A stretch of 64,000 nucleotides of DNA from Callorhinchus milii (taxonomy: Eukaryota): assembly GCF_018977255.1 (NCBI RefSeq), contig NW_024704742.1:98520001-98584000 (forward strand), read 5' to 3'. Both the position numbers and the translations under genes were made by a program. The notes below the pieces were generated by a model that worked only from the letters and a program-made list of their open reading frames with translations, was not told the origin of the DNA and ran no database searches. Below are positions 36,494 through 48,369 of this stretch, piece after piece (position 1 is the stretch's first letter; every line of letters starts with the position of its first letter).

Positions 36494-38085
36494 CAAGGTT
36501 TCCAATGACAAGGTTACCAATGACCATTCGGAGCATTTGGAGTCCTGTAGCTCAGTGGTTAGAGCACTCGCTTTACAAGCGAGAGACCTGATTTCAATTC
36601 CAGGCAGGGCGAAACCTTGGGCAAGTTTCCTTACTCCACACCCCTAATAATAAACCCTCCAAAAACCAAAAACAATAATTAAATTGGTCATTTTCAATCT
36701 ATGACTGTTTGTGGGACATTGCTGTGCGCAATTGGCTCCCGCGTTCGCCCACAAATATACAGTCAATTCACTTTACAGTGTGTTCTGTGAAGCGCTTTGG
36801 GACGTCCTCCCGATGTGAAAAGCGCTATATCAAATGCAAGGATTATTATTATTATTATTATCTGCGACCAGGGCTCCCTCTGCCTTCTCGTCCTCCTCGA
36901 CCTAATGGCAGCATTCGATATGGTTGACCACGCTATCCTCCTCCACCGCTTGTCCTCCCACCTCAACCTTCAAGGCCCTGTCCTTGAGTGGTTTAGGTCG
37001 TACCTCTCCCACCGTCTTCATTTTATTTCCTCAAACGGCTTTTCCTCCAGCCCCCGCACTGTCTCGTGTGGTGTCCCTCAGGGCTCTGTCCTCGGTCCCC
37101 TCCTCTTCACCCTCTACATGCTCCCCCTTGGTGACATCATCCGCAGACATGGGGTTAACTTCCACATGTATGCGGATGACACCCAACTCTACCTTTCCTC
37201 CTCTATCCTCAATTCCACGACCACCGATGTCCTGACAGCTGCCTGTCTGACATCGAGTCTTGGACGAGAGACAACTTTCTTCAGCTCAATGTGCGCAAAA
37301 CTGAGGCCCTCCTGATTGGCTCACGTCAGCGCCTCCGCACCTCAGGCGCTGACAGCATCAGCATCCAAAGCTGCACTCTCCACCTCTCAAAGTCAGTCAG
37401 GAACCTCGGCATTCTGTTCTACCCTGAGCTGTCCTTTCTTCCTCATATCCGCGCCACAACTGGCACCACCTTCCATCACCTCCGAAACATCACCAGACTA
37501 CGGCACTACCTCACCCCTTACGCTGGTGAAACTCTGGTCCACGCCTTTATCACCTCAAGGCTGGACTATGGGAACTCTCTCCTCGCCGGCCTTCCCGGCA
37601 CCTCCCTCCACAAGCTGCAGGTCATTCAGAACTCTGCAGCTCGTGTACTGTCCCGCACCAGGCTTCGGGACCACATCACTCCCACCCTCGCTCGCCTCCA
37701 CTGGCTCCCCATCCCCCAGAGGATCGAATTCAAGATCCTCATCCTCACCTACAAGGCCATTCACGGCCTTGCTCCCTCCTACCTCTCCGACCTACTATCC
37801 CCCACACTTACCTGCCCGTACCCTCCGTTCCTCTGGCTCCGGTCTGCTCCACATCCCCCGCCCCAACCGTCCTACCATCGGTGACCGGGCCTTCAGCCTC
37901 TCAGCCCCGAGGCTCTGGAACTCCATACCCCAGTGCCTTCGCCACTTCCTCCCTTTCCTCCTTCAAGGCCGGTCTCAAGACCTTACTCTTTGACCGTGCC
38001 TTTGACCCTCTCTCAATCCCTCCGCCTTGCCCCTTCTCACCCCTTTTTCAAGTCTCGCTTCAAAACCCTCCTTTTCGACCTTTGA
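36494..38085 (+). mobile_element. 5'-truncated L2 LINE (RT domain, frameshifted), interrupted by SINE 36539-36860; terminal tail missing
   Basis: KVTND | [64 protein letters not shown]. Confidence 0.95.
36539..36860 (+). mobile_element. Young tRNA(Ala-like)-derived SINE, short form, full length
   Basis: tagctcagtggttagagc A box, ttcaattcc B box, ctcgct..agcgag anticodon-like stem, Deu-derived block, L2-type tail, (TTA)n. Confidence 0.95.
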
Positions 38086-39054
38086 CAAACAAAATCATTG
38101 CTCATTCTCACTGACATTTTGCTCACTGGCCTTTTTGCAGATTTTGCCAATTTAGGATTCATCATTTCCAATTAATGCATCAAATTCAGTTGGCGAATAT
38201 CACATTTTAAACCCTGTTGTGCCCTTGTCTTAAAGTGGTGCAGTATATTAACTGCAGCTATGAATGGCTAACAAAACTATATAAAAAGAGAATAAAACAA
38301 TAAGACACAGTAAATAAACATTGAGGTTGTTCTATAGCAGATATTATTGTGGCAGTTCTGCAGAGTAGTAGATAAGATCTAATTTTAGAAGTCTAATTTT
38401 GTGTTTGAAATTGTCATCTTAAATAAGCCACGTATAATTCAAAAATGCCTTGGGCAAAGATTTAATAATGCAATTTGCATGCAAATATTAGCAATAATCG
38501 GGTCTAGTCTCTCTTTTTTTAAAAAAATGTTTTTCTAGTTTCCAGGTCTTTGTAGTGAACATTTATTATATGTAAATAATTATAATGACCATTATTCCTG
38601 TATGTATTAAAATAAAAAATGAAATAAGACTTAGAACTAAAAGAATAAAAGACCAATAGATAAGGTAAGAAGAAAATCAATACCTACTAAACTGTTTTGT
38701 TCCAATCTCTACTTTTATTATTTACCTCTCTGACCTGCTTGTACCTCACTCCTATTTAAGAAGTCCGGTATATTAAGTACGTTTTATCTGTGTCCATATT
38801 GAAGATGTGGTTCTTGTCAGGTATGAGTCGCTGCAGAGAATGCCAAGAACATAATTCCATTATAACCAAGAAAATGGAAGAGTATTCATCTTTCCACCAC
38901 TGGTAATTGGATTCCAATTGGATTTACCTAGTTTCCCATTTTACCAGTCTATCAACGTCACTAAGAAAATTAACACAAAGTGTCCTATTACGATTACATT
39001 TCATCCAAAAGACCATCAGTAAAAAATGACCCATTCTGGCTACTACACTGCAAG

Positions 39055-39394
39055 ATAATAATAATAATAACAATAATAATAATAATAATCCTTGCATTTG
39101 ATATTGTGCTTTTCACGTCTTCTAGACATCTCAAAGCACTTCACACAATATACTGTAAAGTGAATTGACTGTATATTTGTGGGCGAACGCGGCAGCCAAT
39201 TGCGCACAGCAATGTCCCACAAACAGTCGTAGATTGAAAATGACCAATTTATTATTGTTTTGTTTTTTTGGAGGGATTATTATTAGGCTCTGTGTGGAGT
39301 AAGGAAACTTGCCCAAGGTTTCGCCCTGCCTGGAATTGAACTCAGGTCTCTCGCTTGCAAAGCGAGTGCTCTAACCACTGAGCTACAGGACTTC
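39055..39394 (-). mobile_element. Young SINE, short form, full length
   Basis: Colinear with 36539-36860; TTTGCAA (TGC, Ala-like) anticodon loop on the minus strand. Confidence 0.95.
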
Positions 39395-41130
39395 AATGCC
39401 CTTTCACTGGAATACCAAAGAAATATGTGCAGATGGCAAATGTTACATAGGAGGTGAAAAATGCACTTGATCCTAGAAAAAAGTACATCTTATGCAGAGA
39501 ACCCACTGTACAACAAACCAACACACTTGCAAGACTTTGACCCTGACCCAAGATTGCTGCGGAGCTGACATCTTAAGAGATGACATTATATACTATATGT
39601 TTCAATCCATTCATACAATTTATTCTCCAATTGGCTGCTGACTCTTGAATTGTTTACATAATAGACCCTCATATTTCACCAAGTTTTTGAGTGTATGGTC
39701 ATTCTGTCTTAAAATTCAAGAATGTGCAGAATTGTGGAGAATTTGTATGTTTTGTCTTAATATCAGTCATTTTTTCCACAAGAATGCACAATCTTAAATT
39801 TTAAAATAAGATGTCTTACAGACTAAGACTAAATAGAATTTCAGACCCAATATGCCTCTACCACTCCCCTGGATAAATCATTTCCCACATGCACCTCCCT
39901 CCGAAAAGTAGTTAAATGTAAACTCTTTTCACTCCAAGCTTTTCATGCTTCTTAAATTGCTTTCTTTTTGACTTAAATATCACAGTTTTATATATATATA
40001 CATATATGGCCTTAGCTTGTGAGACTGAACTTTGATTTTAGTACTGTAAAATTAACTAGAATGTTCAGCCACAGAAAGGATTAATCTTCGATTTAGAAAT
40101 CAGAAATTCAAATAAAATGGTACATAATTAATGTATTATTTACTGTAACCATATTCTTCAGTATGTTTCACTAAATATGCTATAATTTAGCAATATGTTT
40201 TTGAGTTTTAAAAAAAGTCTTTAATCTCTTCATTCCCTCCACCATAGCATGTGTTTGAGGAACACAGTCTGTGGTCAGTGTACTGTAGCAAATGGAGGAC
40301 TAGCACTGATATTCCTCACATCTTTTAAAACACTCACAAAGCTTGTTTTTTGAACATTTAATGGATCCATTAAGAAAGTTGGCAGAGCACATTCCTAAAT
40401 GGCAATTTGAGAAATGTGAATTTGAAAGCAGTAAAAATAGCAGCTAATCATGGTGCAACTGCAATTTCCAAGCTTCAGAAGCAACAAATGCTTGTCCCCA
40501 CCCTACCACACTTTATAAATGTATATAAAAAATACTCCAGCTGTGGAGTGAGAAACTTGGGTGAAACACATCTCAAAACCATCCTCTCTGCTTGTGCTGG
40601 TGAACACAGTTTTGGGAAGACTAGAGTAATAATAATATTAATCCTTACATTGAATATAGCGACTTTCACATCAGGAGGATGTCCCAAAGCATTTCACAGG
40701 ATATATTGAAAAGTGTAGTGACTGTGTGTTTTGTGGGCAAACATGGCAACCAATTTATACACAGAAATGTCCACATTCTGCCAATCTGCTACATATGCCT
40801 ACAAATACAAAGTCACTACACTTTATAGTAAAATCCTGCAAAGCCCTTTGGGACATCTCAACAATGTGATAAGGTACTATTACAAAAGTAAGAATTATTT
40901 ATATACTTCTTCACGGATATATTTAAACTAAAATGTTTGGTCTGAAATGCCAACAAAACCATGATTTATGCTGTTCCAAAGATTTATACAGTACTGATGT
41001 TCCTTTAAAAGTTACCCAAATTCCTATGTTAAGAAACTCCTCCAGGAGTACATGGCAAAGTTCATGGGTTGTACGGCACTGCCATAACTTCACAAAGTCC
41101 TTCCAAACTGTCCCAGGAATTCAGCAAATG

Positions 41131-41463
41131 AATAATAATAATAATAGAATAATAATAAAATAATAATAATAATCCTTGCATTTGATGCTTTTCACATCTT
41201 CTCGACAGCTCAAAGCGCTTCACAGAATAGACTGCAAAGTGAATTGACTGTATATTTGTGGGCGAAACGCGGCAGCCAATTGAGCACAGCAATGTCCCAC
41301 AAACAGTCGTGGATTGAAAATGACCATTTTATTATTGTTTTGTTTTGGAGGGATTATTATTAGGCGTGTGGAATAAGGAAACTTGCCCAAGGTTTCGCCC
41401 TGCCTGGAATTGAACCCAGGTGTCTCTCTTGCAAGGCGAGTGCTCTAACCACTGAGTTACACA
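41131..41463 (-). mobile_element. Young SINE, short form, near full length
   Basis: Colinear with 39055-39394; A-box region duplicated at the 5' junction. Confidence 0.93.
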
Positions 41464-42059
41464 CTCTTACCACTGAATTTACACACCCTGTGTTCAAGCA
41501 CTTCCCAAATAATGCAAGCAATCAAATTTTGTGTTTCCTATTTAGAGCACAGAATTTCTAGCCCAAGGTGAGTCACTAACCATCATTTATTATTATCAGT
41601 GAACAAGAAGCAGCAGTGTTGATGATTGATGACAGACCATCTGGTGCAAGACAGAGAACCAGCATGCAGCTGGCTCCCACTGAGTTGTGTGAGGATATAA
41701 ACCCTGGTGGGCCTGATTTCAAACAAAGGCTGTTACAGCAACAGTATCAATGAATGAGTTACTTCCATGCATTTGGCTATGAAAGGCTGGCCTTCGAGTT
41801 CTGCAGAGTCAAATATCTATACATACCTTGTCAGCTCCACATGAAATATGTTGTGAAGAAAATGGACATCTGTATTGCTGTTTGCCATTCAGCATGTTAC
41901 CATGCAAATGGCACCTCCAGTACAAACAGCAACTAGAACAACACCTTATTGCATATGTTTTACAGCCTGTGCATACCTTAGTTACACAGGTTATAAAACA
42001 TACACAGTAGGAGGGTTGAAAACTCACACTACAAGATGTATTCATTTCACAAGAGAGGT

Positions 42060-42445
42060 TTGTGTGAAGAAAGCCCTTCAGGACATTTAATCTGATGCTT
42101 CCAGAACACTCACCCTACTATCCTTCCATCATAGCATCAAGCTGTTTTTAAAATGAGTTCAGCATCTTGGCCTCACCCACCCTTCCTAGTAAACTGTTCC
42201 AGTTGTTAATTACTCTCTAGGTAAAGAAATACTTCCTAGTGTCTGTCCTGAAATTGCCCTTTTCATATGCTTCTTTGCAACCTAAACTTCTGTCATCTGC
42301 TGTCTTGGTGCATCCAAACGTACTATTCTGCAGTTACATTCTGGATCCAATTTAAAATCTTGAATATCTCTATAAGTTCCACTCTGAGATGTCTTCTGAG
42401 ATGTCTCTATACAGAAGAGCCTTATCTGCCATATTATCTCAAATG
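42060..42445 (-). mobile_element. CR1 3' fragment
   Basis: gtaaagaaatacttcctagtgtctgtcctgaaattgccc (GNFRTDTRKYFFT on minus strand); similar to 609-1010 and 14605-15018. Confidence 0.75.
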
Positions 42446-42689
42446 TTATTGTTATTATTACTATTATTATTATAGACAACCATAACAGAGAAAACAGACC
42501 TCATAGATGCTCACTGTTCTATGCTCCCACAAATGAGTGGTCATATTGAGGAGATGCCTTTGAATTATGGCATGCATGGAATAGCCCAGATGCAGTCAGT
42601 TGACAATCATGTCAGCCGCCATCACATAACTCTCCTTAAGTGACAGTAGCTGTCACTTCTGAGAGCTCCAATTCCATTGTCGAGCACGC

Positions 42690-42890
42690 TTTCAGCCACT
42701 TGGTGCCCGTTTTCTGCATCTTCATTCCCAGATCCCTCTGGCTTGCTCCCTCTTTCCCCTCTTTCAGGGGAAGTCTCAAGACATAGCTCTTTGACTGTGC
42801 TTTCATTCATTTTTCCCCTCCTCACCCAGCCACATTTGTCAAGCAATATGGGATGCCCTCCGGACGTACAAGCCGCTATATAAGTATTAT
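42690..42890 (+). mobile_element. L2 3' terminal fragment, degenerate
   Basis: gctttcagccac..gtctcaagac..ctctttgactgtgc..gggatgccctccggacg..gctatataag. Confidence 0.6.
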
Positions 42891-43679
42891 ATATCGTGGC
42901 TGCCACACCAGGGATCCCAGCATTGAGAGGTTCAGATACAAGTAATGGTATTTGTGTATTTTCTGTATCTCTTGTCTAATTGGCATCAGAAAATAACAAT
43001 GATATACCTTATCAGTTTCTCAGTGTCTATGTGATTTCTTTTGAGTGTTAAAATAACTTCTCATTTCAGTAAATTTGTCCAGCTTGGGTGAAAGATAGAC
43101 TAACTTGGCCACATAACCTGCTTGCAGCACACCTCCTTCCAGTCTGCTAAACAATGCCATTGACAGCAGTGATGGAAAGAGCCTACAGCCTCCCAATTAA
43201 TGGGATATCATGGAGAGAAAGCACTCTTGTAGATAAATAAAAAGAGGACCAAATGTAAACATTTTTCATAAAGAGATATGAATAGAAATAAAGACTGAAA
43301 CAGCATTACATTTACTTATATATGACTATTTCCTATAGTAGGTATGTTTTGTGACCACTTCATTTACATCAAACACCCATGCCTTTCACTAAATCTTTCT
43401 GACTATCTTAAGCAGGCTACTGAATGGCTGAAGGCACTTCACATAGATGCTGGGAAGAGTTAAGGAAGCAGCCTAATGACAGTCTGTTAAGATCTGGCAG
43501 GAAGAGACTATGACTAATTAACAGTGGCAATATTTCTTTATTGTACAGCTTAGCAGCATTTACATTTTAAAGTTGATCTAAAACCACATAAAAGCTCCTT
43601 TGTTATTGTGGGAAACAGCACTGAACTTGCTTTCTTCCCCTATCTACAACTCACATTGTGCCTTAGCACCTACCAACTC

Positions 43680-43985
43680 TCCAACCACCTCGCACCCCAC
43701 TCCCCTACCCATACCCTTCGCTTTGCTGGCTCGGGGCTTCTACGTGTCCCTCAACTCTTCTGCTCTATCATTAGCGGCCATGCTTTCAGCTACGACACTC
43801 CAAAACTCTGGAACTCAATCCCTCCATCCTTGTCCCTTCTTTGCCCATCTTCAGATGGCACCTGAAGATTTTCTTGTTGAACTGTGCCTATGGTCTCTCC
43901 CCTTTCTCCCTGTCTTTGTGTCAAATTATGCTCTTGTGCAGAGCTCCAAGGCTCTACCCCCATGAAGGATGCTACATAAATGCAC
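43680..43985 (+). mobile_element. L2 3' fragment
   Basis: TLRFAGSGLLRVP..SGHAFSYDTPKLWNSIP; gctacataaatgca end. Confidence 0.8.
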
Positions 43986-44332
43986 ATTTTATGGTTGTCC
44001 TTTAATTTTTTTCAATCTAGTTATGTTCTTTACTATGCGTCTCACTTGCCACCTATGTTGCTCAATTCTCAATAAAAAAAAGCCATATGCACAACAACTG
44101 GTCATTTTATCTAAAAAAATTAGGTCATGCAAAATTGTGGAAAATTCTTCAATTCAGTCTTAGTTTGGAATCCAATTCTTTTCAAGAAATGTGAAAAACC
44201 AACCTCCAAATAAAAACTGATTTTAAGAATTTCCACAATTCTACATGTTTTAAGACTAAATAATCATAGAAACTAAGAGTAGGTGGAATTTCAGGTCTAA
44301 GCCTGTCAGAATAACATATATATGTTATCTTA

Positions 44333-45015
44333 TAATAATAATTCTCGTATCTTATATAGTGCCTTATCAGACCATAAAATGTCTCAAAGTACTTCATTAT
44401 GAATTACCGCAAAGTGTATTTGTAAATAAACTTGATAACCAATTTGCACATAGCACTCTCCCACAAACAGCCAAATGTATGACTAATTTTATCCTGGGAC
44501 ACCAGTAGAAACTCTTCAAATAGTGTCATGGGATCTTTAATGATTACCTGAACAGGAAGGTGGAACCTCAGTTTAACATCTCATCAAAAGGACAGCAACT
44601 CAAACAATGCAGTGCTCCCCCTGCACCATATAGAAGCATCAGCCTCAACTATCTGCTCAAAGTCTCTACTGTAAAGTATAATGATTGTCTGTTTGTGATG
44701 AATGCAGGCGCCTATTAGCACACAGCAACATCCTCTAAAAAAGTGAAGCATCAATTTTATCTGGGGGATTGTTGGTCATGACATTGGGAGAAGCTACTTT
44801 TACTTTTAAAACAGTCCCATGGGATCTTTGACAGGGAGTCGGGACCTTGGTTTAACATTTCATCCAAAGGACGGCAATTTTATCAATGCAGCACTCCCCC
44901 AGCACTCTATCGGAATGACAGCCTGCGTTGTTGGTTCAAAGTCTCCATTTAGGGCTTGAACCAACAACTTTCTGACTCAGTGGTGAGAGTGTTACAAATC
45001 AAGTCTTGCTGACAC
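44333..45015 (-). mobile_element. Two tandem or nested old Deu-domain SINE copies
   Basis: catgggatcttt..gtttaacat..caaaggac.gcaa..caatgcag.actccccc occurs twice (about 44520-44650 and 44815-44930); single head at ~44960-45015. Confidence 0.8.
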
Positions 45016-45851
45016 CAAATAATACCAAACACTTAAAAGCCGTTATTTGCTGCTTAAGTTTCTAGTTGGTATACAGTACAAATTTCACAGCAGGAAGTTC
45101 AGGAAAATCTTTCTGCTTCCCATACCAGTGAAAATTGCAATATTTCACAACAGATTGGATATAGTTATGAAACATATTTTTCACCACATTGGATACGTCT
45201 TTGAAAGCTTGGCTGCAGCAGCTGTTTTGATGCTAGGTTTTATGCTTTGCTAAGGTTGTTTTCTCTCTTTCTACAGTAGTTTCTTCTTGCTGTAATGCCA
45301 AGAGTAAATTATTTGCCAGATACTTTATTCGATATCTTAGGTCACAGATGACATTTAAACAGCAGTACTAGACTAATGCTTTGCCTGTCCTCCCTTCATG
45401 TGCAGTGAGGCTCACTAAACTGACTCACCAATGTTCAATTCCTTGACTCAGGGATATAAATGGATATGTAAACCTTATAGCAAGAGCAGTGTATCAGTAA
45501 ATTCATTCAGGAGCAATCCATATTCCATGTAGTTTGGGTGAAGTCTGGACCTCGAAGGTCCACAGTAATGCCAGATAGAATTCACCAATATTTGCATCAT
45601 GGACCTACGGTTCTGCTTTGGCTCTCCAATATAGGTATTGAGTGCAAAGTCAGTATCAAAATGTTGCCTTCAATATATTCAACAGCAACAATAACAACAA
45701 AATTACATTTCAGTGTCATTGCCAAATGTATCACTGGATGCAGCAAGCTTGGAATTGCCTCAACCTTTCCCTTAGATAGATTGATGACAGATAATGGTAA
45801 TGTTGACTTTGTTGTGATCACAGAACATCCCACTGGATAATTATTGTTTTC

Positions 45852-46195
45852 AATAATAACAACAACTTGCATTTATAAATCGCCCTCCACGCCAGGCGCA
45901 TCTCGGAGCTCTTAATAATGGTGGAGCTCGAGGCCAAGCCAGGGGGAGGGGGAAGGTGACCATCGGGATGGTCGAAGAGGAAGGTCTTCAGGCGGAACCT
46001 GAAAATGGGGAAAGAGGGGACAAAGCGAAGGAATTAAGGGAGGGAGTTCTATAACTTAAGGGCATAATGGCTGAAGGCACGGCCGCCGATAATGGAGCGG
46101 AGGATTCAAGGGTCAAGGAGGAGGCCGGAGCCAGTAGAGCGGAGGCAGCAGGTAGTGCTGTGAGGAGAGAGAAGAGGTTGTAAGATAGGAGGGTG
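45852..46195 (-). mobile_element. L2 3' fragment with tail
   Basis: aacaacaacttgcatttataaatcgccctccac; IIGGRAFSHYA on minus strand. Confidence 0.9.
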
Positions 46196-46204
46196 AGTCA
46201 GATT

Positions 46205-47229
46205 TGATTCTCAGTTATCCTTCCTCCCCCCACATCCGGTCCCTGACTAGCATTGCCTTCTTCCACCTCCGCCACATTATCTGTCTCCGACAAAACCTCA
46301 CCTTATAAGCTGCCAAAACCCTTGTCCATACCTTTGTCACCGCTCGGCTGGACTACTCGTGGACTCCTGCAGCTCAGTGGTTAGAGCACTCACTTTGCAA
46401 GCGAGAGACCTGGGTTTGATTCCTGGCAGGGTGAAACCTTGGGCAAGTTTCCTTACTCCACACGCCTGACAATAATCCCTCAAAAAAAACAATAATAGAT
46501 TGGTCATTTCAATCCACGACTGTTTGTGGGACACTGTTGTGCGCAATTGGCTGCCGCATTTCGCCCACAAATATACAGTCAATTTACTTTACAGCATATT
46601 CTGTGAAGCACTTTGAGACGTCTAGAAGACCTTGTCCCCTCTTTCCCCATCAAATGCAAGGATTATTATTATTATTATTACTCTAACGCCCTCTTTGCTA
46701 GTCTCCCCTCCTCCACTATTTACAAAATCCAGCTCATTCAAAACTCTGCTGCCCGTATTCTCACCTGCACCAAACTTCGTACCCCTATTACTCCACTCCT
46801 TGCCAAACCCCACTAGCTCCCTGTCACAGAGCGGATCAACTTCAAGATCCTCACTCTAGTGTTTAAATCCCTCCATTCCTTGTCCCCCCACCCCCCATCT
46901 CTCTAACCTCCTCTCTCCCCACAGCAGTACCTGCTGCCTCCGCTCTACTGGGTCCAGCCTCCTCCACGTCCCCCAAATCCTCCGCTCCACCATCGGTGGT
47001 GTGCCTTCAGCTACTACGCCCCCAAAATTTTAGAACTCCCTCCCTCAACCCCTTCGCCTTGCCCCCTCCTTCCCCATCTTCAGGTCATGTCTAAAGACCT
47101 TCCTCTTCGACCGCCCCTACAGTTACCTTCCCCCTCCCCCTGGCTCGGCCTCGGGCTCCACCATTGTTAAGCGCTCTGGGACGCTGCCCAGTGTGGAGGG
47201 TGCTATATAAGTGCAAGTTGTTGTTGTTA
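46205..47229 (+). mobile_element. L2 3' fragment with (TTG)n tail, interrupted by SINE 46361-46680
   Basis: FDSQLSFLPHIR, LVHTFVTARLDYS | NALF..KIQLIQNSAARIL, RINFKIL; gctatataagtgcaag(ttg)n. Confidence 0.92.
46361..46680 (+). mobile_element. Young SINE, short form, full length, inserted in L2 (apparent TSD tactc)
   Basis: Colinear with 36539-36860; tactc at 46354-46358 and 46679-46683. Confidence 0.93.
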
Positions 47230-47408
47230 TTTATGCTGTTGTGGAAGATAGGAGTGTGTCACGGCTTGGGGGGATTAAGCATTTAACCAGGGTTAAGCGT
47301 GTAACATTCATTTCACAATAATCACTCAGGTAACATTTTTCACCCCATTATAATCACATAGAATTGGAGACAAAAAAAATTAAGCCATTTCTAAAGCATG
47401 TAAAAACA

Positions 47409-47610
47409 TGTCAGTCTGGCTCAGATTGCACCTGAATTAGATCATTATGGGTTCAAGGCCCACGTCGGGCCATTGAACTCATGTAGTCTAGGCTGACACT
47501 CCAATGCGGTAAATAAAAGTGAACATTCACTTCATGGCTGTTTAGGGGACTTTACCATGCACAAATTGGCTGCTGCATTTGCCTACAAAATATTATTATG
47601 ATTATTATTA
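47409..47610 (+). mobile_element. Old Deu-domain SINE, internally deleted
   Basis: tgtcagtctggctcag..gggttcaaggcccac..tctaggctgacactcca..gcacaaattggctgc. Confidence 0.7.
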
Positions 47611-47829
47611 ATCCTGGGTCATTGTGAAGAGCTTGGTTCAGGTCTGCATTGTTTTAAGGCAACGGTTTTAAGACAAAGACAATCAGAAATTGTAGGCCTC
47701 AGCAGATGTCTGTGTCAATAACGAAAGTGCCTTTGTTCAATAAGATGCCTTATTCATTGTTGCTTTATTTAATGGCTATTTCCACTACACAGCGAGTCAT
47801 TAGCAAGAGACATACATTGAGGTTTAGCA

Positions 47830-48283
47830 GCAGAAATTAAGAGGAGGTCAGAAGATTTTTTTACACAGAGGGTGATTAGAAAGTGAAAGTGGAATGCTTT
47901 AGCACAAATGGCTATTAAAACTGTCGATAACAGTATTTAAAAGGGAATTAGCTAAATACTTGAAGAAAAATAACATTACTTATCACTTATTTCACCCCAT
48001 AATATGAAATGGTATAGGGAAAGAGTAGGACAATAGGATTAGAGTAGATAGCTTCAGTGGATTAGCTAATTCCAGCACAGATATGATGGGACAAATGTCA
48101 TCTTTCTGTCCTCACAAGATCTTAAGAGGACAAGATTTGTTTGGATGAAAAAGGCCCTTCAGCCCATCTGATCACATCCCTCCAGATTACCCACCTACTC
48201 ACTATCATAGCAATGAGCTCCTTTTTTAAATGAGTCCTGTGTCTTCATCCCAGCCACCCTTACTGGTAACCTGTTCTAGGTTA
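47830..48283. mobile_element. Two CR1 3' ends tail to tail (+ ~47830-48110; - ~48125-48283)
   Basis: FFTQRVI..WNAL..FKREL.KYL on +; ggatgaaaaaggcccttcagcccatc on -. Confidence 0.7.
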
Positions 48284-48313
48284 AACGTGAAAAGTGCTAT
48301 ATCAAATGCAAGG

Positions 48314-48369
<56 letters not shown>
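48314..48369 (+). repeat. (ATT)18 microsatellite, expanded SINE tail
   Basis: Perfect ATT run directly after gtgaaaagtgctatatcaaatgcaagg. Confidence 0.95.

Noticed and set aside
36539..36612. tRNA gene
   Set aside because: tRNA-like SINE head: no proper acceptor stem or Pol III terminator, and it is fused to the SINE body in several copies
36797..37993. Longest ORFs (172-225 aa) as host genes or a novel reverse-transcriptase system
   Set aside because: Frameshifted, 5'-truncated L2 ORF2 and its alternative frames; no endonuclease domain or ORF1. The same applies to 15143-16074
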